From: Antedon mediterranea
Lineage: Eukaryota; Animalia; Echinodermata
DNA: 64,000 bases
Direction of reading: 5' to 3'
Assembly (NCBI RefSeq): GCF_964355755.1
Contig: NC_092672.1
Coordinates: 14,322,001-14,386,000, forward strand
Positions 13,139 through 26,328 of the stretch are shown here, in pieces. Numbering within the stretch: the first letter of the stretch is position 1; each line of letters starts with the position of its first letter. The position numbers and the translations under genes are program-made. The notes beneath the pieces were generated by a model. That model searched no databases. It was given only the letters and a program-made list of their open reading frames with translations, and was not told where the DNA came from.

Positions 13139-13368
13139 TGTTAAAGAGTCGCTATCCAATCGAGTTCGAACAATACCATGAAAGCCCCAGTGGTCTAATG
13201 GTTAGGACATCTGCATATCAAGTAGGCAGCCCGAAAGCTCTGCTAACTTTTCTGGCTGTTTTACTTTATCGTTTTGATTTAGCTTTTCGCTTCTTTTTTT
13301 TGTATCTCCATTGAGATCCAGCCACTGATACCCACAGCATTGTCATTTTTTTCAGTTATTTGCCTTTG
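13139..13368 (+). repeat. Chimeric or internally deleted copy of the tRNA-like/hammerhead repeat family
   Basis: 13139-13230 matches the reverse complement of ~44305-44392 (flank plus the 5' two-thirds of the tRNA-like sequence). 13229-13368 matches ~26782-26910, the region from the 3' half of the hammerhead core onward. Confidence 0.85.
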
Positions 13369-14221
13369 GGTTTATACAATTATGTAATAATTTAAAATAA
13401 TTGTTCCATTCATTTCATTGATGGTTGATATCATTTTTATAGGCCTAATTGATAATGCACTATTTATTAAAGGACCCTCTGTAGACCATCTCCTATTATA
13501 TATGTAAAGTTTAATTTTTTTAAATTTAATAAGCTTACTTTTATTTGCCATTTATTTAGCTTAGTTCTTTGAAACAAAAATACCAATGTAATTAACAACA
13601 ACAATGGCATTAGTGTAAATATAATTTATATCACCAGCATGCACAGAATAAAATAATATATAAATAATAAACGCGTTATGTCTTGTCATCAAAGAGTTTG
13701 AAATCATCATAGCTATTATCTATTTCTCACAAAATATATTTGTATGGTCGTGTATTATTGATAGTAATAAATCAATAAATGGTTATACAAATTTTGTTGT
13801 GTATTTTTTTTTAATGGACATAACTTAATTAATAAGGTCAATAGTGTTTTGTTATCAATGTTCCAAACAATTGTGTAATCAGCACTTTCGTAATGTATTG
13901 GTTCAGTTGAATGCATTATATATACTATACACTGACCAACCCTTAGATTCATAATAATAATTATACATAATGCATAATCTAATAATGATTATACTGAAAC
14001 AAAGTGTAATTATGAGGAGGACTAAAAGCAAGTCAACACGATTCATGGTTTTTAATTCAATCAAGGATTATTATAGAATCAACTCGTCCATGCGAAGTAC
14101 AATTTTGGAAAAATAAAAAAAGGTGAAAAAAAAAGAGAGAGACATTCAAATTCAAAAAGACATTTACTTTCCTCCACAGCAATACAATACAAAATAATAA
14201 ACAGAAATGGAAAGGTATATT

Positions 14222-14940
14222 AACAAGGCCATATAGATGGCTACAGTCGCGTGCTTAGTGTTTACCGACCGACCGACCAACCTACCAACTGACCGAAATT
14301 ACTTACATTTAAAAATGATGAAATGTTTAAAAACAGTTATATATTTTTAATTTACACGTGCGTAGCCTGTCACTTTTGTTGTGCTCGTATAACGTAATTT
14401 CGAGTTGAAAAGTAAGTCAAGAAAACAGAAATCGGGCAAAAAGAGTGCGCAATAACATTTAACGCGCAGTGCGCGCGCATAAATCTGCGCACTCATGGCA
14501 ATTTTGTAAACGCTTAAAATTGCCTGAAACGTACTCTTATTTCATGGAAAATAAATTTTGAAAATGTTAAGCGCGCGTACGCGTGCGCTACGCACGTAAT
14601 TGTATTGCCATATGATGATTTATGCCCTGAAATTTATGAGTACCAAATTTTATTTAATTGTGATTCATGGTTGTGAAGATATGATTACAAACGTGATTTT
14701 GTTAAATCGTGCGTAGACCGCGTAATTTTTTATTGCGCACCGTGAAAACATAACCACATCGATTCCTGGCCATAAGGAATATACTGTGAAAAATTGACTT
14801 AGCTAGATTAAACTGATATCAAGATAAGGTCAGAAAGCGATAAAACGCATAGTGATACCGGACCGACAGACAGACCGACAGACCGACAGACAGACCGACC
14901 GACATAGTGAACTATAGAGTCGCGTCCACGCGACTAAAAA
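14222..14940. mobile_element. Helentron-associated HINE/DINE-1-like element (possibly two nested copies)
   Basis: AACAAGGCCAT start, (GACC/GACA)n microsatellite at ~14860-14905, and terminal hairpin AGTCGCGTCCACGCGACT followed by AAAAA. No TSD is apparent. Confidence 0.7.
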
Positions 14941-14944
14941 TGAA

Positions 14945-16500
14945 AAATGAAACATTGAAAGTAAATAAACGTCGTTTCTACTTTAATGTTGTTTAGTGTC
15001 GACGATAGTGATAGTTACTGAAGTTAGAAAGAATGATGATCTAGTTAAGGTGAGGGATATTTTGGTTTGGACTTCTGAGATAAGAACATTTTTAGAGTTT
15101 GGAAGTTGAATACCATTAAAGGTAATATTTTTGAAGGAGTCGTCTAAACAAAATGCTTTGAGGTCGAAAATTAAAATAGAACTAAATTTGAGCGGGAACA
15201 GTACAACAAATTAAAGAGGAGCTTTATGACAGATTAAGAAAAGAGGGAAAGGATTCGGTTATTAAAAGAGGAAAAATAACTTGTTTTCGTCCCTGATGCA
15301 ATTAAGAAAGGATCTTTTTTTTTTATACACAAATTGTGATTTTATGTCAGTCTGAACTTTTATTTTGGGTATTCCAGGAAAATATTGATTTGGTTTAAGT
15401 TTTTCCAAAACAACATTTATTTTAGTTATCTAAGTTTGAGTATATGGTACCTGAATTTGAATTATTATGAAAACTTAGGATCTTGAAGGAGTTGCTATTT
15501 TTGCGCGTAAGTGAATATCAGATTACGATTTTGTTTGATGTGGTTTTTAAGGAGTTATTTCTTCTGATTATATCATTTAATTATAAGAGTTAACTGGGAT
15601 TTTGGCAAATGTCACATGTGTGGAAAGTACATAAAGCCATGATTCTAGAACCAGTAGTTAATGAAGCACTTTGTTCTCTACTCAAGAAGGTAACAGAGTC
15701 ATCTTCTGATTATATCATTTCATTATAGGAGTTAACTGGGATTTGGGCAAATGTGTCTTCTGAGGCGGCTATAATAGTCATGATTTTTTTTGATACAGTA
15801 AATGACTTGTTTTGGTGTCAACAACTCGATACCACAAGGAAGAAAGGCATAACTTCACCATTACTTTTTAAGACTGATTCAATTTCTGAGATCGTTCAGG
15901 CTTCACCCTTGGTCAAGATTGATCAGATGGAACATCAAGGAGGACGAGATTTTGGTTTTAATTTTTTCCAAGGTGATTAAGTAATAAACATATTTCTAGA
16001 CGAGGGTTTAATGGAGAAATTGAAAAGTCAATTAAAAAGAAAGATAAAGGCAAAGCGGAGAAATTTAGCTAGTAGCTGGAAAATATGTATTCGGTATAGA
16101 AACGATTCAGTCAACTTGATTAAAAATACATAATATTTTTTAAAATAAAATAGCAAAAGAATCTAAAGTGAATGTTAATTCCCAGCTGTGGTATATCAAA
16201 TCTTAAGGATGAAATGGGTAAAATTATAACCGACGACTTTTCTAAAGAAGAACTTCTTTGTTTGGTAGTAAATTTATTAAAAGAAAATTTGTCATGTGCC
16301 ATGTTTAAAGATGTTACTGAGGAAGTGATTCCTGATTTGTCGGTTCATAAAGCTTTCTCAAATCTATGTTTTTTATCCTCGAGAGTGAAATTGCTGATCC
16401 GTTAAGTACTATTTTCTCAAGGCTGTTTGAAGAAAAGGCAGTTTCTGCTTCATGGAAAAAAGGGGTATAAAAAAGCAATAAACTGCGGGCACTGGTGCAC
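14945..16500 (-). mobile_element. Possible degenerate 5' part of a LINE (ORF1 and start of the endonuclease)
   Basis: Broken Lys/Asn-rich reading frames on the minus strand, a duplicated Cys/His-like segment (~15560-15615 and ~15700-15755), and RLFTFNV near 14950-14975, which resembles an APE start. The evidence is weak. Confidence 0.3.
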
Positions 16501-18808
16501 TTTTTTGTAATAAAATTAGGGATTGTTCTTATATATAGGCATAGTCAAAATATTACACAATAAGTGTAGGCCTATTCTGTTGACTGTGGCTAGTATTAAT
16601 TTCTTTGTCAACAATACTTCATCAATTCAAAATAATCAGCTTAAAGTTGTTGCTATTGTTGTACAGTATGTGCGTGTATAGAATAATAACGCGTATACAA
16701 TACATCTTATATAATCGATAAAATACACTTATTGATCGTAATTATATGTATACACTGAGCCAGACAATGAGCTATTTTTCTCAAAGCACAATTTTATTAC
16801 TAATAGGCTACATTACAGGTTCAATCGTTGATAAACTACCATTGAATTACCCGTAAGCCTACAAAAGAAAAATATTACAAACGATGTTTGACAAATTCAG
16901 TGTATTTTGCAGTGTGCCAATCAATTCTATTTATATTCATAGAACTAAAATATGTCGTTGCTAGAAACTACTACATTTCTTTAATAAATATAATGTACAT
17001 ACAATATTGCTCAAAATCAGTTCCATTTCAATATCAATTCAGTATTCAATAAGCTTTTATTTCACAACAGAAGCTAGGTCGTGTCCACAGATGGTTCTCG
17101 AATACACAGTGATTTCAGCGTCAAAAAACTGGCGATTTCAAATGTAGTACGTACCGCAGGACTATAAATACATTGTCATTTTCAGAAACAAATACATAGA
17201 CACGATGATTAATCTTGTCAACTAAAATTAGCACCCTGGGAATTAGACCTACTTCCGAAGGCGAAACTTGTCTGGGACGAACAATTTTTAAATATTATTC
17301 TTTATCCATTCAGTAACGCAATATTGTTTTAAATGTTTTATATTCATGTCAATAATATATATCAATAAACACCGTAAAACATTTACGATTCAAAACTTTT
17401 GTTTAAATGTCCCTGTTATACTCGATTGAAATAGTAAAGTACATGTAACGATACACCTCTACGACGTTTATATTTTTTATAATTATTAATTGATACAAAC
17501 TTTGGGAAGCAACTGTCAGTAATAACGTTTTTATGTGTATATTATGTATTTATATATCCAGCAGTAGAGTCTACCCACAGTCACGGTAATAAATGTTCTT
17601 TGTATATGTGTTTATATATCTAACAGTAACCACATTCACAGTAAGAAAATTTCGATTCAAATGGCGACCAAAAATGGTTAATACGTATTTACAATATTGT
17701 CAAAGCAAATCTCAGTTTTAAGTTTATTCTTCAAGGCCCCATAAATCTACCTATTTGTGTTAAACCAAGGGCTCATAAATTTAGCTACAAACCGGGAGCA
17801 TGAGAGATTGGAATGTTCCATTTATCGCAAATCAATACATTTGAATAAACGTATATTAAATCAAATAGTCAAAATCAAAAATAGCATCGGTCTTCAACAT
17901 TATGGTACTGTACTCGAGCTGTTCAACCGGTTTTCAGCTATTAAAAACAATTATCGAAGCCTCGTATTATTGTGTGCAGGTATTTTTCAAGAGGACATCC
18001 ATTAGACAGTGTATACCACGATCGGAAAATCTCTTAAGTGAAATATCTCAAGTGAAATATCATTAGAATGGGAATTTAAAGATTCTTTTTTTTCTTTTTG
18101 GCAAAATTTTAAACGATATCAAATAACATAATACAGTTTTTTTCTTTTGTTCATATGAATTGTTATGATACATGATGATCATGAATTTAGGAATAATTAC
18201 TACAAAATGTACAGTATTGAAATTTCAGCTGAAATACCAAGATGATAATGATTAGTTTCAGATATCTTAAGAAGGCGGTATTGTCTTATCATAATGTTCA
18301 ATAACTTCTATGACTTTTTTATATAGCCTACCAGGAAGTTGTAATCAACATATATACAATAAATAATTTCAATGTATTTCTTTTTTTACAGTTTTAGGCC
18401 TAAGTGTATTAGTAAATGAATTTTTTTTTTGTGCATAAAAATTTATCATATAGTGTTATAAAATGGGAAGACAAAAGACAAACAAAGTAGAAAAAATTAA
18501 ACAATATTTCAAGTGGATCAATAAAGATTATTGACGTTTCGATGTTTGTCTCGTCTCTCTATTTTTACCAATATTAAGTCAAAATGCCGTCAAGAACCTA
18601 GACCATTATTTGTTCATTATTACTTTCAGTTACAGAAAATGGCTGACTGGATTCTTTTTCTATTGAACCTAGATCTCTAGTTTACTTAGGCCATATGATT
18701 GTTTGTAGTCTACATTCCTTGTTGTTTTATTATGCTAATTACTTACTCATTTACATACACATTACATGTCCTATTGGTATATAAGCACTCTAGGCGTTGT
18801 TTACTATT

Positions 18809-18840
18809 CTGATGATGAGAATAGTTTCTCGAAACATGTC
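18809..18840 (+). ncRNA. Minimal type I hammerhead ribozyme core (Penelope-like remnant)
   Basis: CTGATGA-T-GAGA-ATAGTT-TCTC-GAAA-CATG-TC: conserved core boxes, 4-bp stem II and a palindromic CATG loop III. Stem I pairs poorly. Confidence 0.55.
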
Positions 18841-20083
18841 ACATTTACATTTTAAGGCAGTTTGCCTTTTTAATAAATGCCTCGTTATAGTCATCCTAAT
18901 TCCTAATAATTATTCTTTTATCGCGGTAGTTCGGAAGAAATACCAATAATAATAATTCTCATACCATTTAAAGTAATTACAAAACCACTTCAGTAGCACA
19001 TCTCTTATCAAGGAAATCTAACAAGACGCTGATCTCTCATTGACAAAATAAAATAGGAACAGTTCTTTCTTTAATTTATTCAATAGGTTCAGATTAGAGT
19101 AAAAACATGTGACAATTTGGGTTAGGGTCTTTGATATGGTGTGCTAAAAATGACAAATTATGATATGAGCCTACCTCTAAATAGCTTAGAAATTCACACG
19201 TTATTTTCTCATATCAACCTTGACAGGAAATGTAATTGCTTTATTTTTAATAATCGTAAAAGGTATCAACTTGAACACAGCTATTGTACAGTAATCAATA
19301 TTTATTTAGGTCGAATTCTAATAATTAAAAAAGTACATTAGTATTTTTAGTTTTAACAATGTTATTGTACAAATGACTAAAAATCGACTTGTTATTAAGT
19401 ATTGACAGTCACTAACGCAGAGACAATGCAGTCAATACCAAGCGTATACTTATTAATTATTAATGAATTATATCATTACGTGTTCTTTGATAATTCTTTC
19501 AAATATCAAATCGTTTCTGGAATTGAAACCTGAAAGGTAATAGAATAAAAAGCTACAGTGCAATACTAATATTATATTTGTGTTTCAACCATTGTGATGA
19601 TCTGAATTGTGTTCGTATGTGAAAGTATTCCGAAAACAAATTCCAACCAGCTACGAAAGAAGATAGTATTCAATTTCAAATTTGTGTCCTTAATGTAAGT
19701 TGATCTTTTTTTTATTCATAATTAGTTTCACTGCTGTTTTAGATTATTGATTTGTTTTAATATTGCGTGCTTTAGAGAAAGACTACAAAATATAATTAAA
19801 TGAATTTGGTTTGAAATTGAAATATTTAGTTTAAACGTTCAGACTGATATAAAACGCATTGACTTTTGTGAAATTCGATATTCACTAAAATCGATAACAC
19901 AATTCTTGGTGGGAGTGAAACATATGATACGAAAGGTACACTTGAATAACTGATACACCTATATTATGCTTAATGAAGTAACAGATTATCTTGTTCTTCG
20001 TCTATCTTGATCGATCCCAGATCGGTATGAGTTGTAAAACCACAATCATTCTTAAGTTTTGGCATGAGTTTGTGTATTTATCA

Positions 20084-21700
20084 TAAGATAAGATAAGATT
20101 ATTGATCCTCAAAAAGGAAATTCATTGCTCGTCATAAAAAAACAAAGAAAACACAAAAAATACAATTATAGGATAGAACAACCATTCATATAAAAACATC
20201 TAACAAATAAAAAATAAGTTAAGTTATTATCTTCTTGACTTCCTGTTGTACTGGATCATACCGGAGGGGATAAAGGATTTGGCATATCGATTTGTTTACT
20301 GAGGAACCTCAATATACCACTTGGATAAGGTTGGTCTATGATTACTTTGTGGAGAAGATGAGAGGCATCCGACTCAATGCGTTCGAAATCTTTCTGGAGG
20401 TGTTCTTGGTGCACAACGGTAATGGAAGGCAGTTCCAGACCAATCATTTTACAAGCCCGACGGATGAAAGTTTCAAGGCGTCCTTTATTCCCTCCGGTAG
20501 CATTACCAGCCAAACAGGAGAGGCAGTACGTCCAAACACTACATATTACGGATCTATAGAACGAAAGATTAGATTACCGGAGTTAAATTTAGATAAAGTT
20601 CTCCTACAATACATTGTGGGATTTAATTTTTTGCTTATGAAGTCTATAATTATGGTCTCCCCAACTTAGTTTATCATTGAAAACAATTCCTAGATACTTG
20701 TACTGGTCAACAATTTCAATTTCTTTACCTTTGATAGTGATTGGTTGAAAATTAAATTTATGTTTAGTCCTAAAATCAATGACCATCTTCTTTGTTTTTG
20801 ATGCATTTATCTGGATATAATTATCGTCACAAAATTTAACAAATCTTTGTATTTCGCTACGATAATTTTCATCATTGTTTGAAACTATGAGACCAGTAAT
20901 ACTAGTATCACCAGCGAATTTAACAACGGGGCAAAGCTCATCATTTAAAGATCTGTAATCGGCTGTATACAAGGAATATAATTTAGATGCGTTGACAAAA
21001 CACCATTGTCAGAGGTTACAATTTCTGACTTAACACCATTATTATTAACAAATTGTTTTCTATCACAAATGAAATTTAAGACTAAACGAACAATCGGACG
21101 GGGAAACTCCATATTCAACATTTTGTCTGCCAGGATATGGGGTTGTATGGTATTAAACGCAGACTGAAAATCAAAATACATAATACGTGCCGAGTGGCCT
21201 TTCTTTACATTATCAAGATGTGAATATAATTTATGTAATTTAAAAAGTATCGCATCACTGGTACTACAGAGTGATCGGTAAGCAAATTGCAACTGGTCTA
21301 ACACTTTTTCAGCACAAGGTTCCATAATTTATGACGACAGACGTGAGTGCAACGGGTCTCAAATCATTCATGCTATTAATCCTAGGTTTCTTAGGTACCG
21401 GTATTATACATGAAAGTTTCCAAATGTCCGGGAACGCATGACAAGAAAGACACAAATTGAAAATAAATGTAAATATACCATCACCATCACCAAGATGAGT
21501 AGAGCAGAAGTAATCGTGGTGGGATTCTATCCGGCCCAGCAGCCTTCGATAAATTGAGTTTCATGAATTCGTTATGTACATCAGAAATGCGTATACTAAA
21601 TTTGGGATCATCTTCAGTCACCCGACACAAGCTAAATAGGGCCTCTCTTTCTTCTTTAAAATCATGAACATTAAAACGGTTATAACATTCATGTGCTCAG
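20084..21700 (-). mobile_element. 5'-truncated, frameshifted Rex1/Babar-like LINE
   Basis: ORF pieces RPVALTS / LDQLQFAYRS...ARIMYFDFQSAFNTIQPH / YTADYR...VVKFAGDTSITGLI...NASKTKKMVIDFR...YKYLGIVF. The 3' end on the minus strand is AATTTCC...GGATCAATAA followed by a (TCTTA)n tail. Confidence 0.85.
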
Positions 21701-21992
21701 TTTAAGTAAGGAACAGCATGAAAATAAATATTTTCAGTTTTTTCAACAATTATTTATTGATGTGTTAGTGATCATTAGTTCCAAATTAGCACTATTAAAA
21801 TAAAATAATTATTGTTAATAGAATTCAATAATAATAATGATAACATTGATGTAATCGAAGTCTTATAAATAGATAACTTAGAAAATTGGATAATAGCCTA
21901 TATATTAGATAATTCTTTCAATTAACATGACAATGCATACAGTAATACATTATAATTAGCCTGCTCTTTTAAATTCTTTTTAGTCAAAAATA

Positions 21993-23810
21993 ATGGATGG
22001 TCTTAAAATTCAAGACAGTCAAGATATTCTACATCCTGGGTTTTGTGAAGAGCACACTGGATCAAAACTCGATCTTTATTGTCGAAGTTGTGATATCCCC
22101 ATCTGCAGAAACTGCGTAAAGGAAGACCATAGGCGACCAATACATAAATATGTTGATATCGAAGTCGTCACTGAAGAATACAAACAGGAGTTAGTGGAAC
22201 TGATGGGAAAACGTACAAACTTTGCAAGACACGTCGACGATGCAGTGCAAGATATCAATAATGTACTTCGGCAATTGGAAGATGAAAAAGCAGAAACTGA
22301 AAGGGATATTGACAAACACATCATGAAGCTCACAAGAGAACTAGAATCAAAGAAGAAAGAATGCAACAAAGACATTGATACTACGTTCCAAAGAAAGCGA
22401 GAAGTACTAGACGATCAACGTACATTACTATCAAATAAAAAGAAAGACGTGAGCCGGGCATGGGAAGTAGCTACTAGGTCAAGAATATCTGATGATTGCA
22501 GTGCTAAACTAGCCTCATTGAAAAGCGTTATAACCACCGTAAATGAACTTATGACAGACCCGTCTTGTCGTTACTATCCAGAAGAAAACTACATGCTTAG
22601 ATTTAAAAACACTCCTCTATCAAAGATTGAAGATGGTTCTATTGGTAACGTGTGTACGACCTCGGCTGTTGCATTTCAATCAAGCGTCACAGATGTTGAA
22701 ACCGTTGATCTCATCGCCGAGAAAGACATATCTCTGACGCTTCAGTCGCGTGATTATGAAGGTTGCCAAGTTAATGATGGTAGTGCAGTGGTTTCTGCAG
22801 ATCTTACTAACTCGGGTGATGGAGAAATTGAAGAATTAAAAGTTATCGACAACAAAGATGGAACATATTCCATACAAATAAATACAGATACTTATGGAGA
22901 ACAAGATTTAAATGTGTATATGTTTGATCAACCAATAAAAGAAGGGACATTAAAACTAAACATTCGGCCACCGACAAGAATGTTTCGAACATTTACTCAT
23001 TCAGAATTTCAACTTGGTGAACCATACGATTTAAAAGTGTTTACATTTAATGAAAAGCAATACATTGTAGTAGCCAATAGACTTTCACGTTTACATGTGT
23101 TCACTTTGGAAGGAACCTACGTAAAATCCATCCCAATATCATCGGCAAAGGGGGTCCGATGTTTGGCGAATCGACCTAAGATATCCTCGACCAGACCATC
23201 GTCAATTAAAGGTCCCGATGTTGTTTTCACAGATGTTCTTAAGAAACACGTACAAGTGTGTGATTTTAATGGAAGAGTATGGGAATCTTACGATGGTTCA
23301 AAAACTCTTAAATGGCCAGTTGGAGTTGCTTGTTCAGAACGTTATACTTTCGTTGTTGACTATGAGGCTAATTGTGTTAGAAAGCTAGGTTCAGAAGGAC
23401 AGTTTATAATGGCGTTTGGTACTGAAGGAAATGGAGAAGGACAGTTTAAGCACCCTTGTTTTATCGCAATCAATTCACATGATGAACTATATGTGACGGA
23501 TAATGAAAATAACCGAGTGCAGGTATTTACGTCAGATGGTGATTTTATTCGTACAATTGGGAAACCTGGTATGGGCGATGGGGAATTCAAAGCCCCTAGG
23601 GGTATTGCTTGTGATCACGAAGACAGAATATTAGTCAGTAGCAATAACAAGTTGCAATTGTTTAATAGAGATGGGTCATTTGTATCACGTGTTGACACCA
23701 AGGAAGACGAATTAAAACAACCTTGTGGTTTGGCAATAATACCTGACGTCATTCGACAAGTTGCCGTTGTTGACAAGATATCTCGTTGCGTCAACATGTA
23801 CGCATATTAA
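21993..23810 (+). CDS. RING-less TRIM-NHL protein, paralogue B
   Basis: 605-aa ORF. B-box CEEH...YCRSCDIPICRNC...H...H, coiled coil, filamin DNKDGTYSI, and NHL repeats (GEGQFKHPCFIAIN, GDGEFKAPRGIACD). A strong splice acceptor TTCTTTTAG ends at 21983, just upstream. Confidence 0.92.
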   Translation: MDGLKIQDSQDILHPGFCEEHTGSKLDLYCRSCDIPICRNCVKEDHRRPIHKYVDIEVVTEEYKQELVELMGKRTNFARHVDDAVQDINNVLRQLEDEKAETERDIDKHIMKLTRELESKKKECNKDIDTTFQRKREVLDDQRTLLSNKKKDVSRAWEVATRSRISDDCSAKLASLKSVITTVNELMTDPSCRYYPEENYMLRFKNTPLSKIEDGSIGNVCTTSAVAFQSSVTDVETVDLIAEKDISLTLQSRDYEGCQVNDGSAVVSADLTNSGDGEIEELKVIDNKDGTYSIQINTDTYGEQDLNVYMFDQPIKEGTLKLNIRPPTRMFRTFTHSEFQLGEPYDLKVFTFNEKQYIVVANRLSRLHVFTLEGTYVKSIPISSAKGVRCLANRPKISSTRPSSIKGPDVVFTDVLKKHVQVCDFNGRVWESYDGSKTLKWPVGVACSERYTFVVDYEANCVRKLGSEGQFIMAFGTEGNGEGQFKHPCFIAINSHDELYVTDNENNRVQVFTSDGDFIRTIGKPGMGDGEFKAPRGIACDHEDRILVSSNNKLQLFNRDGSFVSRVDTKEDELKQPCGLAIIPDVIRQVAVVDKISRCVNMYAY

Positions 23811-24081
23811 TTATAAAAGAGTAAGATGAAATTTAAAATATAAAGAATAATATGAATGTGGCCTGCAAATTGTAACTGAGAAGTGATGTCTTGAGACCTT
23901 TTGACAAAAATATACTGTTGTATAGTATAATCAAATAAAGTAATGTAACGATCAATATTAAATATCATGTAATATCATTGTAGGCAACTGAACGAAATTG
24001 CCAAGGCTATTGTAATTTGTTCTATCAGTATAATGTACGTTTTGTTATAGGTAACAAAATACCTCATAAATATATGTTTAT

Positions 24082-24085
<4 letters not shown>

Positions 24086-24165
<80 letters not shown>

Positions 24166-24166
24166 A
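24086..24166. repeat. (TA)n microsatellite
   Basis: About 37 uninterrupted TA dinucleotides followed by a short TG run. Confidence 0.97.
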
Positions 24167-25821
24167 TGAAATAAGATCAAGTAATCATAAAGAAGTTTCT
24201 TTTTGTAATTTCTTCCAAGTGGCTCTTATTATTATTATCCCTTTTTAATAACAACATCTAAATTTGTTTGAATATTGTTTTAATGGATTGCACACTGAAG
24301 TTGAAAGGAATTTGTTCATTTATTACTGAATCTCATTACAGACAATGGCAAAAAATAAATACAATTAATTCAACAGTTATTAAATACGAGCATTTGATTA
24401 GTACCTCTTTTTTAAAATAGAAATGCCTTGTCTTTCATCAATATATTAACATTTTAAGTGACGGCGGAGTTATTCTCATATGGCTAACAAATTATTATTT
24501 CAGTACATGCTTTTTTGTGAAAAACAAATTTAATATGTTTCATAATAAGTGTTTTAACATACGACCTAAAATGTATCTGAATAATCTGTAAACGTTGTTG
24601 AATAATGATGCTGATGGCCCGTAATGGAGGTAACCTAGGGTGACCTAGGTTGTGACCAATGGCGTTCTGGTCGAATTTGGCTGACGTGGTTTGTACGTCA
24701 GTGTTTGACATCGAGGAATATCTTTTGCTTTCTTTATAGCAGTTTCGATGTATTCCATCTTGTAATTTCTATTCCGGAGATGTATGTATATAGTTTCTTA
24801 AATATCAACTATATGTTAGTTTATATGCTTACGGTTAGGTGGAAATGTATAGTAATAAACTTTATTCGGTTTTTTTTTCTATCCACCACACTGAACACGT
24901 TAACACAATTATTTCTAAGTTTCTTATTGGACGATACACTTCTGAAACGAAAAAAAAATGATTTAGTTTTTATTAAAAATATATATTTTCTATAGATAAA
25001 TCGTGTATGTACTTATAGCGAGGCTTCGACAAAAACTATTTCTAAATTCCAAACTATTGATTTTTAATACAGTAGATATAATGAATTATTCATTTGTTTT
25101 CAACTCATCTCAACGTAATATTTATTTTTCAAAAACCAACGTTATGAAATAGCGACGGAATGCTGGTTGCCTACGTGCAGCTTTCAATTTTACCTGATTT
25201 TCATTCTAAACGAAAATACGAAATAATTGTTTATTATTAGATTTCGATCATGTAACATCGAATTTCCTTCAACAGTGTTCAATTTACAATAAATTACAAA
25301 AGTTGATTTATTGTATCACAATCCATTGTTTGTCATTACAATACTTATTAGATTTAGATTTACCGTACGTTTTCTGGTAATTACTAATAGTTCCACACAA
25401 TAGAATCTGTTCCCAATGAAATTGTCAATAGAAGATAATTACCGCCGTTTGGCCAGTTGTTCAAAGTAAACACTCAATCCGTCTGTATTTCTTAAACTAG
25501 TCTACTTTACACGAATTATTCATTATTTTACCATTGCGTTTTGTCTTCTTTTAGTAAAGATAGTTTGCCATGTTTCACAAATGGCAATTTCTGTATCAGA
25601 TATAGAATGTTTTCTATGATTGTCCAGTAAGTTTGTATCCATTGGATATACGTTAAACCAGAATTCCAGGGACTAGTCATTTAAAAGATTGTTTTACACT
25701 CGGGATTGTTAATACAATGATCTATAAATAAAATAATGTTCGTGACAAGATACATAAATAACCTCAGACACGCTGATGCTCGGTGAATGTGATTTAAAAA
25801 GAATAATGTTTGTACCTGCAG

Positions 25822-26328
25822 CTTGAATAACATTACTTTGTACTATATATCTTTGCTGAATAACATTACTTTGTACTATATATCTTTGCTGAATAACATT
25901 ACTTTGTACTATATATCTTTGCTGAATAACATTACTTTGTACTATATATCTTTGCTGAATAACATTACTTTGTACTATATATCTTTGTTGAATAACATTA
26001 CTTTGTACTATATATCTTTGCTGAATAACATTACTTTGTACTATATATCTTTGCTGAATAACATTACTTTGTACTATATATCTTTGTTGAATAACATTAC
26101 TTTGTACTATATATCTTTGCTGAATAACATTACTTTGTACTATATATCTTTGCTGAATAATATTACTTTGTACTATATATCTTTGCTGAATAACATTACT
26201 TTGTACTACTGTATATATCTTTGTTGAATAACATTACTTTGTACTATATATCTTTGTTGAATAACATTACTTTGTACTATATATCTTTGCTGAATAACAT
26301 TACTTTGTACTATATATCTTTGCTGAAC
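25822..26328. repeat. 33-bp minisatellite, ~15 copies
   Basis: Unit TGAATAACATTACTTTGTACTATATATCTTTGC. It accounts for the (LLNNITLYYIS)n ORF. Confidence 0.97.

Noticed and set aside
25823-26227. 134-aa ORF (LLNNITLYYIS)n; likewise 31884-32153 and 41746-41961
   Set aside because: They are open only because the minisatellite unit lacks a stop in that frame.
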